64,000 nt of DNA, from contig NC_091999.1 of NCBI RefSeq assembly GCF_044704955.1, positions 48,050,001 through 48,114,000 of the forward strand, read 5' to 3'. Source of the stretch: Pristiophorus japonicus. Lineage: Eukaryota. A program made the position numbers and the translations under genes. Position 1 is the stretch's first letter. Every line of letters begins with the position of its first letter. The notes beneath the pieces were generated by a model. It was not told where the DNA came from. It did not search any database and saw only the letters and a list, made by a program, of their open reading frames with translations. Positions 22,700 through 35,433 of the stretch are shown here, one piece after another.

Positions 22700-25600
22700 G
22701 TGTGCTGTGCCATTTCTTTCAACTGGGTGCTATTTATTGAACCTGTAACTCGCCCGGTTTGTATCTGATCCATATTGTGTCTCACCTGACCAATCAGCCA
22801 TCTACCATCGGCATGACATGTGTCTATTTTCCTGTCCTCGGCATCGTCCTCTCAATTCCTGCTTATTTTGCTCTTTAATTGTTCGTGCATGGCCTTCCAA
22901 TACGGATACACCCTCTAGCATTTTTTTTGGATGTTTTAGATCCTAACTCTGAAGATTCTATCCCAATCCTGGCCTGTTTCCTGATTAGTACCTCCGTTGT
23001 TCCCCTCAAACTATCTACACGTGCCTGTATATCTGGTGCATTTACTAGAAATGTCCCTGTAAAGTTAATACGTCATTCGCTGTAAATCTCCTCTGTCTTC
23101 CTTCTTTGTGTCTCAGCTTCTTGTGTTATCTCTTCCTCCTGATGTGTCACTAGCTATTCTCAGGATTGTGTCTAGCAATCGTATTTACAACGCTTTAGTC
23201 TTGTGGCTAATTTTTTTCTGGCAGGTATAGGGCTGATACATTTATGCTCACAGGTAACATTTCATGCTGCACATTGTCAAATAACAACATTACTTCTGTT
23301 CCAGGTTTAACTACCAGGCAATTTCCCAAGTTTAATTCCCCTGGTTTACATTATTCAGGTAACATTTTTTACACACTTATCTTATGGCTTCAAGACAAAC
23401 GCTCCTGATACTTAGATGTCGCCCTCTAGAGGCTGCTTTACGTAGTTGTTGTACCCTCCGCTGTGGTTAAATGCTTCTGGGCAACCTCGGGGCGGCCTTG
23501 TAGCTTGTCCTTGTAGAATCGGAAGGACGGTGATGATCACGTTTATATTCTGTTGATAAAACACATCCTGGATATTCCAGTTTTAGTTAGAGTCTTACCA
23601 TTTCCATTTCAACCGGATTTTCCTTTCACTAGCCACTGTATTGGTTCTGCAATTGCTGTGGTTAGGCACAAAATTCCTGCAATAGCTAAAGAACCCCAGT
23701 ACCTTACAAAACCCTCAGGCTGGTTTTGGTCTTGGCATAATCCTAATGTCCTCCTTCCTGTCATTGGACATGGTCCGAGTTCCTTGGGATATTTCATGTC
23801 CCAGGTACTGTACCACAGCTTGTCCGATTTGTGCCTTTTTGGGATTTACTTTAAATCCTGCTTTCCGTTATCTTAAATGATTTTTCCATAACTGGAACAG
23901 AGTCTAGCACGGATGCTTTGATTGCTGCTTTCCGTTATCTCAAATGTTCCAGTTTCAAAGCCTTTACGTCTCACTTTCTGTGGTTCTTCAATCACTGTAT
24001 CTGAAGTCACAAGTTCAACTTATATTTTCCTTTGTTCTAAACTGCTAAAGACTGCCGTTTTAACATTTAATTTTTTTCAAAATTCCTTTTACCCTTTCGC
24101 AGATAGCTCCCCACTTGCCCAGGAGTTTGACCTGATCCCTGAAGGTATTTCTATATTGTTTTCAACCATTATAGTTTTATTTTTTTTTTATGAGATCAGA
24201 TTTAACTTTTTATGTTAAATGTATTTCATTTTGTTGTGTATTTTCTTAAACAGTGGTACTTGAAATATTCACAACAAAATTAACTCTTCACTGCTCCCAT
24301 CCTGATTTCTGCTCCCCTTTTGTAGTATTTGTATTTATTGTTGGATTATGAAATGTCAAATATGGTAATACTGTTTTTTAATCGGACTTATCATTTATTC
24401 TTTGTAGTGATTCATAGATCACAGAATGCAAAGTACTTGTTTTATAATTACGTGCCAAACTTCTGTTTTAGAAGCTGAACATCAAAAACTCTAATCTTTT
24501 GCGGTGTAACTTCAATTTTGTGATACAGCATCTCATAAATGTAATCTTTTTGAGCTTCAGCGTCTGACGCAGTATGTTTACTTTTATTAAAAGTCTTTCC
24601 AAACCCAAGATTTTCCAATACAACCAAAATGTTTATCAAGGAGAATCACCAGAAATATCTCAAAATCCCAACTCAAATATGCCAATCTTTTATTTAAAAA
24701 TATTTTTACTGAGCTCGAAGCTTTCGTATCATGATTTTACACAAAGAAATATGGGGGCGTACTTCCCAAGCACGCAGCCTTGAGACACCCACGCAGGATT
24801 CTTTTTTAAGGCATTACAATTTCCCTTCTCCGTTCATTATCTCATTCCTAGACTAAATGTATTGTCTTTCAAACAAATGTAATCAATGATTACATGTTTT
24901 CTTTTGACAAATGAGCGTGTCGAAAATTTTTTTTTAAACCATCGGGACCACACATTTTTTATATTTTGCTCAACAAACCTATCCTTTGTGCATTTCCTAG
25001 CTCCATAACATATCATCTGAATAAATCCACACCTGGGTTTCTAAATTAAAATGTAATTCAATTCTAGGTTCACACTTTCTTAAAACTTCCTTCATACAGG
25101 ACAACACTGCAAAGGGTTAAAACAAATTCACTCTGTCTGAAAAAGTGGGTGGGGCCATAACAACAGATAGCTCTACCACTTTCTGAAGCAGGCTTTCAGA
25201 CACCTGAAAAATTCATTAACTCCCAACTCAAATATTCCGAAGTCCAAAATCACACAAGCACTTTCATTCAAAGACAGACAATCCCAAAAATCTCTCTTCA
25301 TTCAACAAAGCTTATTGTTTGGCCGGCTCTATTTTTGTATCCACACTTCACTTAAGAAAGTCACTAATAGTTTTTGTTGTGGACTTCGGGAAAATATCTA
25401 CTAAGCGAGCCTTCTGGCCCCCAATCAATACTTTATTTTCCTCAGGTCCTAATCATAACCCTATTAGTGGGGGATACAAATTTGGGCCAAATTCCTCTGT
25501 CCATTCGCTTCTGTCATCTATATCTATTTTTATACTTACATCCTGTTGTCTTTTGTCACTTTCGCTGTCCATCTCACCTTCGGGTCTCTTTCTATTCATC

Positions 25601-26597
25601 TTTCCGACTTTTAAAATGATCTTTTTCCCTTCATCATATCCTGCCTTAACCATCTTCATGACATTTTCAGATTTTTCTCTCAGAAACTATTCTGGTAGTT
25701 TATAACTCAGCCGTCCAAGAGCCTTGGCAGATTCCTTTGCCATTTCATACATTGGGGCTTTTTACCCAGTTCCTCTTTTACCATCTTTACTTAAGCAGAA
25801 CTTTTTAAACCAAGGCTTTTTACCTAGTGCTGTTTTTCCGCTTTTACTTATGTGGGACTATTTACACTGAAGCTCTTTTCCTGTATACGTACTTGTTGTA
25901 CCAAAACTTACAGTCTTTATTTACAGTGTCCTGACGCACCCCTCAACTGGATTTACTGGCTGCATGGACTCTACCTCAGATTCGTTGGATCTCTGTTTAC
26001 TTTGCGAGGAGAATTTCTCAAGGTAATTATCTGCTCACTCGTTATTCGGTTGGTTTGGCTTTTTGAGTCTAATCTGCCCGTCCAGTAGATCCTGCTGACT
26101 GCGCCGCGTTGTTCGAGTTAACTTCAAACCATACTCGGAGTCCATTTGCCTTAAAGTAAATGCAGTTTTTATTAATAAAAGATACAAGCTGCCAGTTGAG
26201 CTATCCTTGAATGAATGCGCAGAGAAACTGCCAGAGACATCTTATTTTATACAGTTTCAGATTATAGTCTTACTTAATTATGCAAGTTACAATTAATATG
26301 TGCTGATTGATTAATACATGATTATCTGGTAGGTTGCTTCCTCCAATCTGGCCTCTATATGTTTAATTAGTAATTCAGGATACATGTTGTTATGATTCTT
26401 TTTATTTAACTTGTATCTTATTACAGAATTCAAATTCTATGTTATCTGTGTCTGTGCCCAGCTCCCAAGGCCTTTGCTCTATGAATTGGAACATCTGCTC
26501 CTCTGTGGAAGGCATTCCACACATGCTTCTCACAATCTGAAAAACAGGCTGTGGGATCCATTTTAAAAATCTGTTAACTCCATTTTAAAACATCACA
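22700..26597 (-). mobile_element. Decayed, internally deleted LTR retroelement/ERV with 5' LTR (26107-26597) and tRNA-Ser PBS
   Basis: PBS CGGCGCAGTCAGCAGGAT (26089-26106, -) next to an LTR beginning TGTGATG with TATA and AATAAA; RT thumb remnant KVLGFFSYCRNFVPN..IAEPIQWLVKG at about 23620-23740; left boundary approximate. Confidence 0.75.
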
Positions 26598-26619
26598 ATT
26601 ATTATTATTAATTGTAATT

Positions 26620-27720
26620 ACGATTTGTCATCTGCCCTTTCAGTCTATTATGGGGTATCTTATCGAAGGCCTTTGGAAATCCAAATAAATTACATCTACT
26701 ACATTACGTTAGTTTACGCTATCTGTTACTTCTTCGAAAAATTCAAAGAATTTGGTCAATTCAAGACTTTCCCTTTTATAATCCATGCTGACTATTCATT
26801 TTTGGTTTCTAGTTGTTCTTCCACTTTCTCCTTTAGTAGGGAATCCATTATTTTTCCTCCCAACGACGTTAAGTTGACTGGACTATAGTTCCTCAGACAC
26901 GTTCTACCTCACTTCTTAAAAATTGGTATTACATTAGGTATCTGCCAATCCTCTGGCACTGCACTTTATTCTAGCGAAATAATGAATATGTTTATTAATG
27001 CCTCTGCTATCTCTTCCCTCGATGTAATTTGTCCGAAGCCGGCATTTTATCCATTTTCGGTTTGATTAGTTTACATAATATTGTACTCTTGTTATTTTAA
27101 ATGCAGTTATTTCATTTCTAATATCATCCAATATCATGTCCACCTGTGTTGACTCCCTGATAAATACTGATGCAAAGTAGTTGTTTAATATTTCTTCCTA
27201 TCTCTGTCTGTGGACAACATTGTGAGCCACGTACCTTGGTATGTATTGTGGATGTCCTCCACGCAATCTTTATCCCTATCGTTGGGCAGGAGCATTGTCT
27301 CATTCTCAGCCTCTCCTCAGTTCTCGCCACACGACACCCAATCAACCACGGACTTTCCTGAACCTGCGCTTTTCTGTGGGATGTGACTGTTTTCTGGATT
27401 AAATCACTCCTCCTGTGTGTTTCAGAGTGTGTCGAACTCGCACTCCAGCCCAATTACCCTGAGCCAGAGCGAATAAAGAATACACATTTATTGCAGATGT
27501 GGGAATGTGGGACAGATTTGATGTCCACAAACTCACACACACTACAGTCTCGACTCATTGCCTACCCTGCCATCTTTAGTTATTTTTTATAAATTTATTT
27601 GCTTATTACACACTGAATTAATTTAATTACTTAGTTTTTAGACAATTGTTATTTATAATTATATTAATTAATTAGTAATTATAGTTAAATTATTAATTTA
27701 ATAAAGTATTGTTATTGCTC
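26620..27720 (-). mobile_element. Old CR1 fragments (RT piece and ORF1 N-terminal Cys-rich region)
   Basis: ggactatagttc/atttccaaaggccttcgataa RT motifs; MAG..DCSVCEFVD...HICNKC ORF1-like start at about 27575. Confidence 0.7.
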
Positions 27721-29317
27721 CCAGGTCTTAGTGTGGACCAAGCTTCGAGAAAAAAGGTAATACTCTCCAAACGTATTCAACCTGCTGTATTTTGGAGGCC
27801 AAAGCAGCACCTCCTTCAACCACTGTTCCCATTCAAACTCTCACCAAATTCCGTTTAATATCACTGTGCAGAACACACTGTGCATCAGCAGTTAGTGTTT
27901 CGTTTTATATCTTTGGAGCCACACACAAGTTACAAGTGCTGTCTCAGCTCCATGCCCATTGCTCGCAGTAATTAGCACATATTTAAGACTAACACTTACA
28001 GCTGACTGATAGTTAACTACCACTAACAGGCAGTTTCTGCTAACTTCTGTATTTAAAGTTCTAAGTTCAATTCAAAACGTTAATCTAAATGTCCCTTTTT
28101 ACAGCTAATACTCAGCCAGACTCACCACGGACTTACCACTGAATCTCACTTTCTCTACGTTCCCAAGTTTAACACTCTCTTTGTGCACTCCGTTTAAGAT
28201 CATGATGTGGTGATAGAGTAAGCTCTGACATGCTTTGCTGGGCCGAAAGGTTCGGGGTGGGGAAGGTCGCTCTGTAAATTTGCAGTCCACAGGCAGATGG
28301 GCTGCTAACTCCCAGCACCCCCAGTGAAACCTCAGGGGAACGGCCTCAGACCAGTTTGCAGCCGCGAGCACCGAATGGCCTATTTCGGTGTTGCAGACAT
28401 TAAGTAACTCTATGTAAAGTGAGGTGTGAAGGAGAAGGGATGTCTGAAATGCGATTCTGGATCAACCACAGACCAGGGCATGGTCAGAAGGGCAGATCTG
28501 TGATGTCACAATACTCAGGCACAGTGTCATGTGAGTTTCCCTGCTTTATTACATCACACATACTGCAATAGCGAGCAACAAAGCTCGTTACCACCCTCCC
28601 TGAACACTGCATATTATGGGCTATGTTTAGCACGGAGATTTTACAGAGAGTGAGGAGGAGCTGAGTTTAATGTGTGTCGAGTGTGTGCGGGGAACACTTC
28701 ATCCTGCAGCTCACCGCATTGTTCAGGCAAACTTACAAAGGAACGTTATAGTGGTGAATTTCACTGGAAGATACTCCGTCTGCAGGAGGCCCGTTAATCC
28801 CAAAGGTAGATTATCTGAAACAAGGATACGTCGCTATCACCGGGCGCTGGGGCTGCTCAGGTTAAACCCCACTTGGAGAAAAACACAAGGAGCCTGCAAA
28901 AGGATGAAAGCACTGGCCTTTTGAGCCTTTGAAACCTTGCCTCCCTGGCTGTTGTTTGGTCCCAGGCCATTTCCCCCCAGCTTTCCCTGTGAATGCTGGG
29001 GACTGAGCGGCCCTTCCGCCCGTGGACTGAAAAGTAACAGAGCCACCTTCACCGTGCCGCTCTCTTTGGGTAAACACATCCGACACGAGCCCAGCGGTCG
29101 GGAGCTTTATAAACCCGTCCGAAACCGCAGCAGACGTCTTAGCGGGGATAAAACCTGCAGGAGTCCAACGGGACTGATCTCCGTGGACTTCCCCACCTCT
29201 ACCATTTTTGTGAGTCGCTGAATCCGCGCGGTGAAAGATCAAAACATGCCTCACTCTGTGTATATCACAGAGATGAGCGGATTGGGCAGAACACCCGCCC
29301 AAAACATTGTGTGATTC

Positions 29318-31771
29318 TTATAATTTAATGCATTTAACAATTACAGTAAAGGGATATTTCACCACATTCTTCAACTCCTCTCTGAATTTCGTCTGGGTCA
29401 CGGCATAAATACATGTGTTGGTGCAGCAACTCAGGAGCTGAAGCATTAATCCCATTTCCTGTACATATTTAGGTAGAGATACAGGAATAACGTTTAACGA
29501 ATACAATCGTTCAAAAACAGAATACAACAGAAACACTGCCCATAAGAGCATAAAATTGCCGGATATAACAAACAGTAAAATGATGGATTTCCTTCGTTTC
29601 TCCATCTCTGGGTCACTGGGACTCTCCCCACTGCTGTGGGCCCTGAGTCTCCTGCGGGCTCTGCTCGACACTAAAACGTGTCTGACAGTTAAAGTATTGA
29701 GCAGAAGGATCAGAACAAATGGAATAAACGGTGTTATAATATAATGAAGGAATTCAATTACTGCCCATGATACTGACTCATAGACTTCCAATCGAACAAA
29801 ACAAAACCAGGGACTATTGGAAATATTATACATACCTCCATACATAAAGTACCAGAAAGTGTTCTTTACACAGAACAGCGCACTCACTGTTCCCACAGCC
29901 ACAGTCGCCGTTTTCTCGGTGCAGTATTTGGTTTTGAGCTTCTGACAACAAATGGCTATACATCGATCAAAGGTAAAAGCAACTGTGAACCAGACGGAAC
30001 AGTTCGTGACTGCGTAAAGCAGGATGGCATGGATATTACAAACATTAATCTTCCACATGAACACAAACACGGTTGAATAACGAATAGCAATCTGCCTGGA
30101 TATCAGGTCGAGGATAACGACCAGTAGATCCGCCGCTGCCATTGCCACCAGGTAACGGGTGACACACTTGGAGAGACCGCACCTTCCTTGAGACAGGATC
30201 ATTATCGTCACTAAGTTCACTGTAAGAAAGAGAAAAAGAGGGAATTTATATTTCAGATTGAGAGCAACAACAGCTGTCTCAAAGTATTATGTGTGAAATG
30301 AGTCAGGATTATATGAACCAGCCATTGGGACTTGTGGTGTTTGGGTCAGGACTGATGAAATCATCGGATGGGACGTGTACTGTTTGGGACAGGACTGATT
30401 ACACCAGCGGATGGGACGTGTGGTGTTTTCCAGGGATGGGAATGTAGTATGGGGACAGCGAGGGGGATGAAATCTGTGTCCAGGGAGGAGAATGTAATTG
30501 GGGGCCAAGGGAGGGAATGGAGTCTGTGGCCAAGGAAAGGAATGGAGTCTGTGACAGGGAGGGGAATGGAGTATGTGGCCAAGGAGAGGAATCGATTCTT
30601 TGTCCACGAAAGGGAATCGAATCTCTGTACAGTGAGGGGAATGGAGTCTGTGGCCAAGGTGGGGAATGAAATCTGTGGCCTGAGAGGGGAATGCAGTCTT
30701 TGGCGAGGTTACTGCGGTTGTGTCGTAAGCTGAAGAAGATGACTTGAAATGTATTATGTGTCGAAATCAGAACCTTTCCTACCATTGTTTTGAAAGTACA
30801 CTTTGTAATTGGCTTAAGCTGACTTTCCACGAACATTGCAAATAATCTTTAAAGAAGGGACTGTCGCTTTACGAACGTGTCTGTTTACAGCTGGAACTGT
30901 GTCAACCAACTGCCTTTCACCTGGTGTGAGAAAATTACAGTCTTCCAGTAGACAGAGAGAGTTTGAGACTGGAAATATCAAACTATTTCACAATATAGTG
31001 CTCCATTTTGAATAGTTGCTACCGTGCGGCCCACCCCGAGCTCTCCTGAACTGTGGCTGAACAAGGGAAATAAATCAATTCAAACACAACTGAATAAACA
31101 TTTTACTGGAAGACGTATTGCAGTTTTAACCCTGTCCTGACCATCTGGAATTAGTGACTGTGAGGCAGAGCGGGAGGCGGTGGAAATTGCGACAACTGTC
31201 TATAGCTGAATCATTAGTGGATAATGTCTCATATCTCAGTGTATTTGTGAAGGGTCTCTCAACGCTGATTTCCACTGGTCAGTGTCATTAACAATAACCA
31301 GTGGACCTTAAAACACTTGTTACCGCTGAACACATATTTATTATCCAACACTGGGCATCAGTGCAGAAAGCTGACTGCAAGCTGTTCAATAATATAATCG
31401 TTCACCAACATATCTGTGTCAATAAAATCAAATTTCTCTCAAATCCTGTAAACCACTATCACTGGAAGCAAGTTGTGGAAACAACATACTGTTCATTGAA
31501 CTGGGAGCAGCGAATTAACAAACGATCAAACATTACATGACAGAAACTTATTTGCATTGCCAGACAAAGAACAAGAGGTTTAAATTGATACAATTAATAA
31601 CTAGAACTAAAGGACAAGGACAGCAAATACAGAGAAACATGGGTTACATAATTTATTGCAGATGAAGGACTCACCAGGAACACCAACAGCAGCGAGGAGC
31701 GGGTAATAAATACGTTCTACATCCAAAAGTGCCCACAGGATCCAAAGCTGAGTTGGAATCTCCCAGAACAT
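29318..31771 (-). CDS. Class A orphan GPCR, GPR139/GPR142-like; two exons (31771-31675, 30219-29318), 332 aa
   Basis: Exon 1 MFWEIPTQ...IYYPLLAAVGVP G|gtgagt joins in phase 1 to ttacag|TG AAC (VNLVTIMIL); seven hydrophobic helices; AMAAADLL, AFTFDRC, LSCCTNTCIY motifs; no stops. Confidence 0.92.
30440..30710. repeat. ~26-bp G-rich minisatellite in the GPCR intron
   Basis: Recurring ggggaatggagtctgtggccaagg. Confidence 0.8.
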
Positions 31772-31861
31772 GACTTGACTTTCTGTGAGCTCCAATGATC
31801 GCTGTTCGTTTTAAACAACAACTTCAGTCAAACATTGCTGTACAGACTGAAAACAAATCCC

Positions 31862-31869
31862 TATTTATA
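31862..31869 (-). promoter_or_regulatory. TATA box of the GPCR gene
   Basis: CTATAAATAG on minus strand, about 90 bp upstream of the ATG at 31771. Confidence 0.65.
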
Positions 31870-32227
31870 GCCTGAGGGAACTCTCCAGTGAGACAATTAA
31901 ACTGCATACTGAAGGATATTAATCACAGTCTCTGAATAAACAAGTTGTCCGAACCTTTTCTTTGCATCACTTTCAATTGCAAAATATCTTAAAAGCAACG
32001 TGGCCTTCAGATCAAATAACTTTATCCAAAACCAAGCACTATTGGTAAAAGCAGAAATAGTTAATTCCAAAGAATCACAGCATGCATGTGAAGGGAGCAA
32101 CTTTCATTTAGGCAGTTTCTATTATTACTGAGATGTAAAATAGCTCTGTAATTTCAGATTTTCAATTCACTTCTCGGGGTAACACAAGTGAAATAAAACA
32201 AATGGAAGGATAGAGGCAGGCTAAGTA

Positions 32228-32670
32228 AATGTCAGTAACATACACGGGGACTGACAGTACAGTTCAAATTAAGGATACATGGGCACTGATAATACAGTGG
32301 TTAGTAAGGTTACATGGGGCAGATAATATATTGGTCAGTAATTGTACATGAGGACTGATAATACAATTGTCAGTAAGGGTACATGGGAACTGATAATACA
32401 GTGGTTAGTAAGGGTACATAAGAACTGATAATACAATCGTCAGTAAGCGTACATGGTGACTGTTAATATAATTGTGAGTAAGGATACATTGGGACAGATA
32501 ATACAGTGGTCAGTAAGGGGACATGGTGCAGATAATATATTGGTCAGTAACGGTTCATGGGGACAGATAATACAGTGGTCAGTCAGGGCACATGGGGACA
32601 GATAACATATTGGTCAGTAAGGATACGCGTGTGCTATTATTACAATGGTCATTAAGGATTCATGGCGACC
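32228..32670. repeat. 35-bp minisatellite, about 12 copies
   Basis: Unit like catgggcactgataatacagtggttagtaaggtta. Confidence 0.9.
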
Positions 32671-32714
32671 GATGCCACACTGACAGTCACACGCCATCAA
32701 ATCGTTTATTTTCC

Positions 32715-34834
32715 TCAGAGCAGAGACTGGATGTGAGGAATGGAGATGAAAGGAGCAGAGAGGTGAGGAGAGGAGAAGAGAGAGGACAGGAGGTGGGAGG
32801 GAAGTAGACGAGAGGAGATGAGTGTGGAGGAGAGGAGAGGAGGGGAATAGGAGAGCAGAGGTGAGGAGAGGATATGCGTGGAGTGGAGAAGACAGCAGAG
32901 CAGAGCAGAGGATAGGAGGTGAGAGGAGAGGTGGGAGAAGGAAAGAGTGAAGATGAGCAGGAAGGGGAGGAGAGGTTAGTGGAGGATAGGATAGATGAAA
33001 GGGGAAGTAGAGAGGCGAGCAGAGGAGAGCAGAGCAGAGATGAGTAGAGGAAAGCAGAGGAGAGTTCAAGAGAAGATAGGAGAGGGGAAGAGAGGAGAGG
33101 AGGGGAAAGGAGATGATAGTGTAGGGGAGATGGATGGAGAGGAGAGTGGAATAGAGGTGAGGAGAAGGTAGGGGAGAGGAGAGGGATGCGAGGAGTGGAG
33201 AGGCGAGGGGAGTGGAGATGAGAGTGTAGGGTAGAGGGGTGGAGAGGAGAGTGGAGTAGAGGTGGGGAGAAGGTAGGCGACAGAAGAGAGATGAGAGTAG
33301 CGGGGAGAGGAGGAGAGGAGCGTAGGAGAGAAGGGAGGAATGGAGAGAAGTGGAGAGGTGAGAGATGATGAGAGAGAAGGAGAGTAGAGCAGAGGAGAGG
33401 GGAAGGGCAGTGGGAGAGCAGAGGAGAGACCATCAGAGGAGAGGAGAGGAAGAGAGTGGGGAGAGCAGGGGCGAGAAGAGATGAGAAGGGAGGGGAGGAG
33501 AGGGGTGAAGAGAGGGGAAGCGGAGATGAGAGTGGAGGAGAGAAGAGCTGTGGAGATTCGAGCAATGGAGAGGAGAATAGAGGAGATAAGAGGATAGGAG
33601 AGAAAAGATGAAAGCAGAGTGGAGAGAGGAGGTAGTAGATTAGAGGAGAGGAGAGGAGAAGAGAGGGGACAAGGGAGGAGTTTAGAAGCGAGGGCAGGAG
33701 AGGATAGAAGAGTGGTTAACGGAGAGGGGAGTAGAGGTGAGTGGAGAAGAGGGGAGGAAGTTAGGGGAGAGAAGAGGAGAGAGAAGACAGTGCATGAGAG
33801 GAGGAGGTGAAAAGAGGGTAGAGGAAAGGAGGGAAGAGGGGAGGAGAGTGTAGGAGGGGGAGGAGAGAAGTGGAGAAGAGAGGACTGGACAGGCAGGAGA
33901 GCAGAGGGAAGGAGAGGAGCGGGAAGGAGAGGAGAGGGGAGAACATCAGAGGAAACAAGTGAGGAGAGGAGTTAAAATGAAAGGGGAGAATAGGTGAGGA
34001 GGAGAGGAGAGGGGTGAGGAGAGGAGGGGAGAATTTAGGGGAGAGGAGTCGCGATGATTGGAGTGGAGACGAGTGGGGAGGAGAGAGGAGAGTGGACAGA
34101 GAAGCGACCTGAAAACAGGAGAGAGGAGAGGATAGGTGAGGATAGGGGTGGATCGGGGAAGACAGGAGATGAGAGAGCAGAGGAGATGAGAGGAGAATGG
34201 AGGAGAGGGAAGGGGAGGAGAATAGTGTAGGGGAGAGGGGAGAATGGAGTAGAGGCGTGGAAAAGGTAGGCAAGAGGGGAGAAAATGAGGCACAAGAGAG
34301 TTGAGGAGAACAGCTGAAAGGGAAGGAGAGTTGCGGAGAGTGGAGAGGAGAGAGGAGAGGAGACAGGAGAGAACGGGAAGACAGGTGAGAAGAGAAGTGG
34401 AGAGGAGAGAGGAGGAGATGGGAGAAGGGATGAGCCGAGTGGAGAGGATGGGGGAGCAGAGGGGAGAGGAGAGATGATGAAAGGATAAGGAGGTGAGCAG
34501 AGGGGAGAGGAGAAGAGTGTGAAGGAGAGGAGAGGCGAGAGGAGGAGAGTAGTGGAGAGGGGAGGAAAAGAGAGACGAGGGGAGGAGAGGGGAGAAGAAA
34601 GCAGAGCAGGGGAGGGTTGTGGAACGGAGAGTGGATGTTATGAGAGGAGAGGAGAGGAAAGCGGAGGGAAGAGGGTAGGGAATTAGAGGGGAGGACGGGG
34701 AGAGGAGAGGGTACAGGCGAGGGTGGGAGAGGAGAATAGAGTAGAGGAGGGTAGAAGGTAGAGGAGAGGAGAGGAGGTGCACAGAGGAGAGACGTGAGGA
34801 GAGAGGAGAGGAGATGGAGGGTGAGGAGGGGAGG
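32715..34834 (+). repeat. Degenerate (GGAGA)n polypurine satellite
   Basis: About 2.1 kb of almost only G/A on the + strand. Confidence 0.95.
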
Positions 34835-35433
34835 TGTTGTGGTAAAAAAGAGGCTTCTCTCCCTCGGGATGGACCAACTGATATAGTTAACCGACACCTC
34901 GCCCAGCTTCCCACTGTATGACGAACACGGAAGTAAACAAACGAAACCTCAGGTTTACCGGTTTTATTACGAGCAATGAACGGGAAGGTTCAGTCTTGGA
35001 ACCTCCGAAGTAGAAGAATTTTGAAGCATAATGTATACAGGTGTTGGAGAGGAGCTATCCTCCTCCAAAATCATGGAAAGGTCTATTGCTATCAGCGAAG
35101 TTACAGTGATTTGTCGACTCTTATCAGACGGGCTCTGAGTGGTACATGAAACTGCCCATCTCTCATCATTGTTTTATTGTATTTTGCCCTCCACCCCAGT
35201 CTATTCGACGCCGAGTGTGGTTGTTCTGGCTTATTTATCTCTTCATCAGCGACTTTGAAACAAAACTGCTGACTTTGGCTGTTTCAGTGTTACTAAGGTT
35301 AAGCTATAATATAATGCGTATAAATGTGTTATACCTATATAATCAAGTGTTACATACATCGACAATTGATACGTTCACTACGTTCGGCATAATTCTGACC
35401 CCCTTTCTATAACCTTACTATTTATCCTTTACA
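34835..35433 (-). repeat. 3' LTR of the ERV
   Basis: TG...CA termini; direct repeat of 42895-43492; adjacent polypurine tract. Confidence 0.9.

Noticed and set aside
28837-29302. GC-richer ORFs just 3' of the GPCR stop
   Set aside because: No recognisable domain in any frame; probably 3'UTR or flank
32228-32670. Regular 35-38 bp repeats (also 52553-52815) resembling CRISPR arrays
   Set aside because: Head-to-tail repeats without unique spacers, eukaryotic context, no cas genes
32614-34914. 300-380 aa Ser/Pro/Leu ORFs on the minus strand
   Set aside because: Stop-poor reading of the (TCTCC)n satellite
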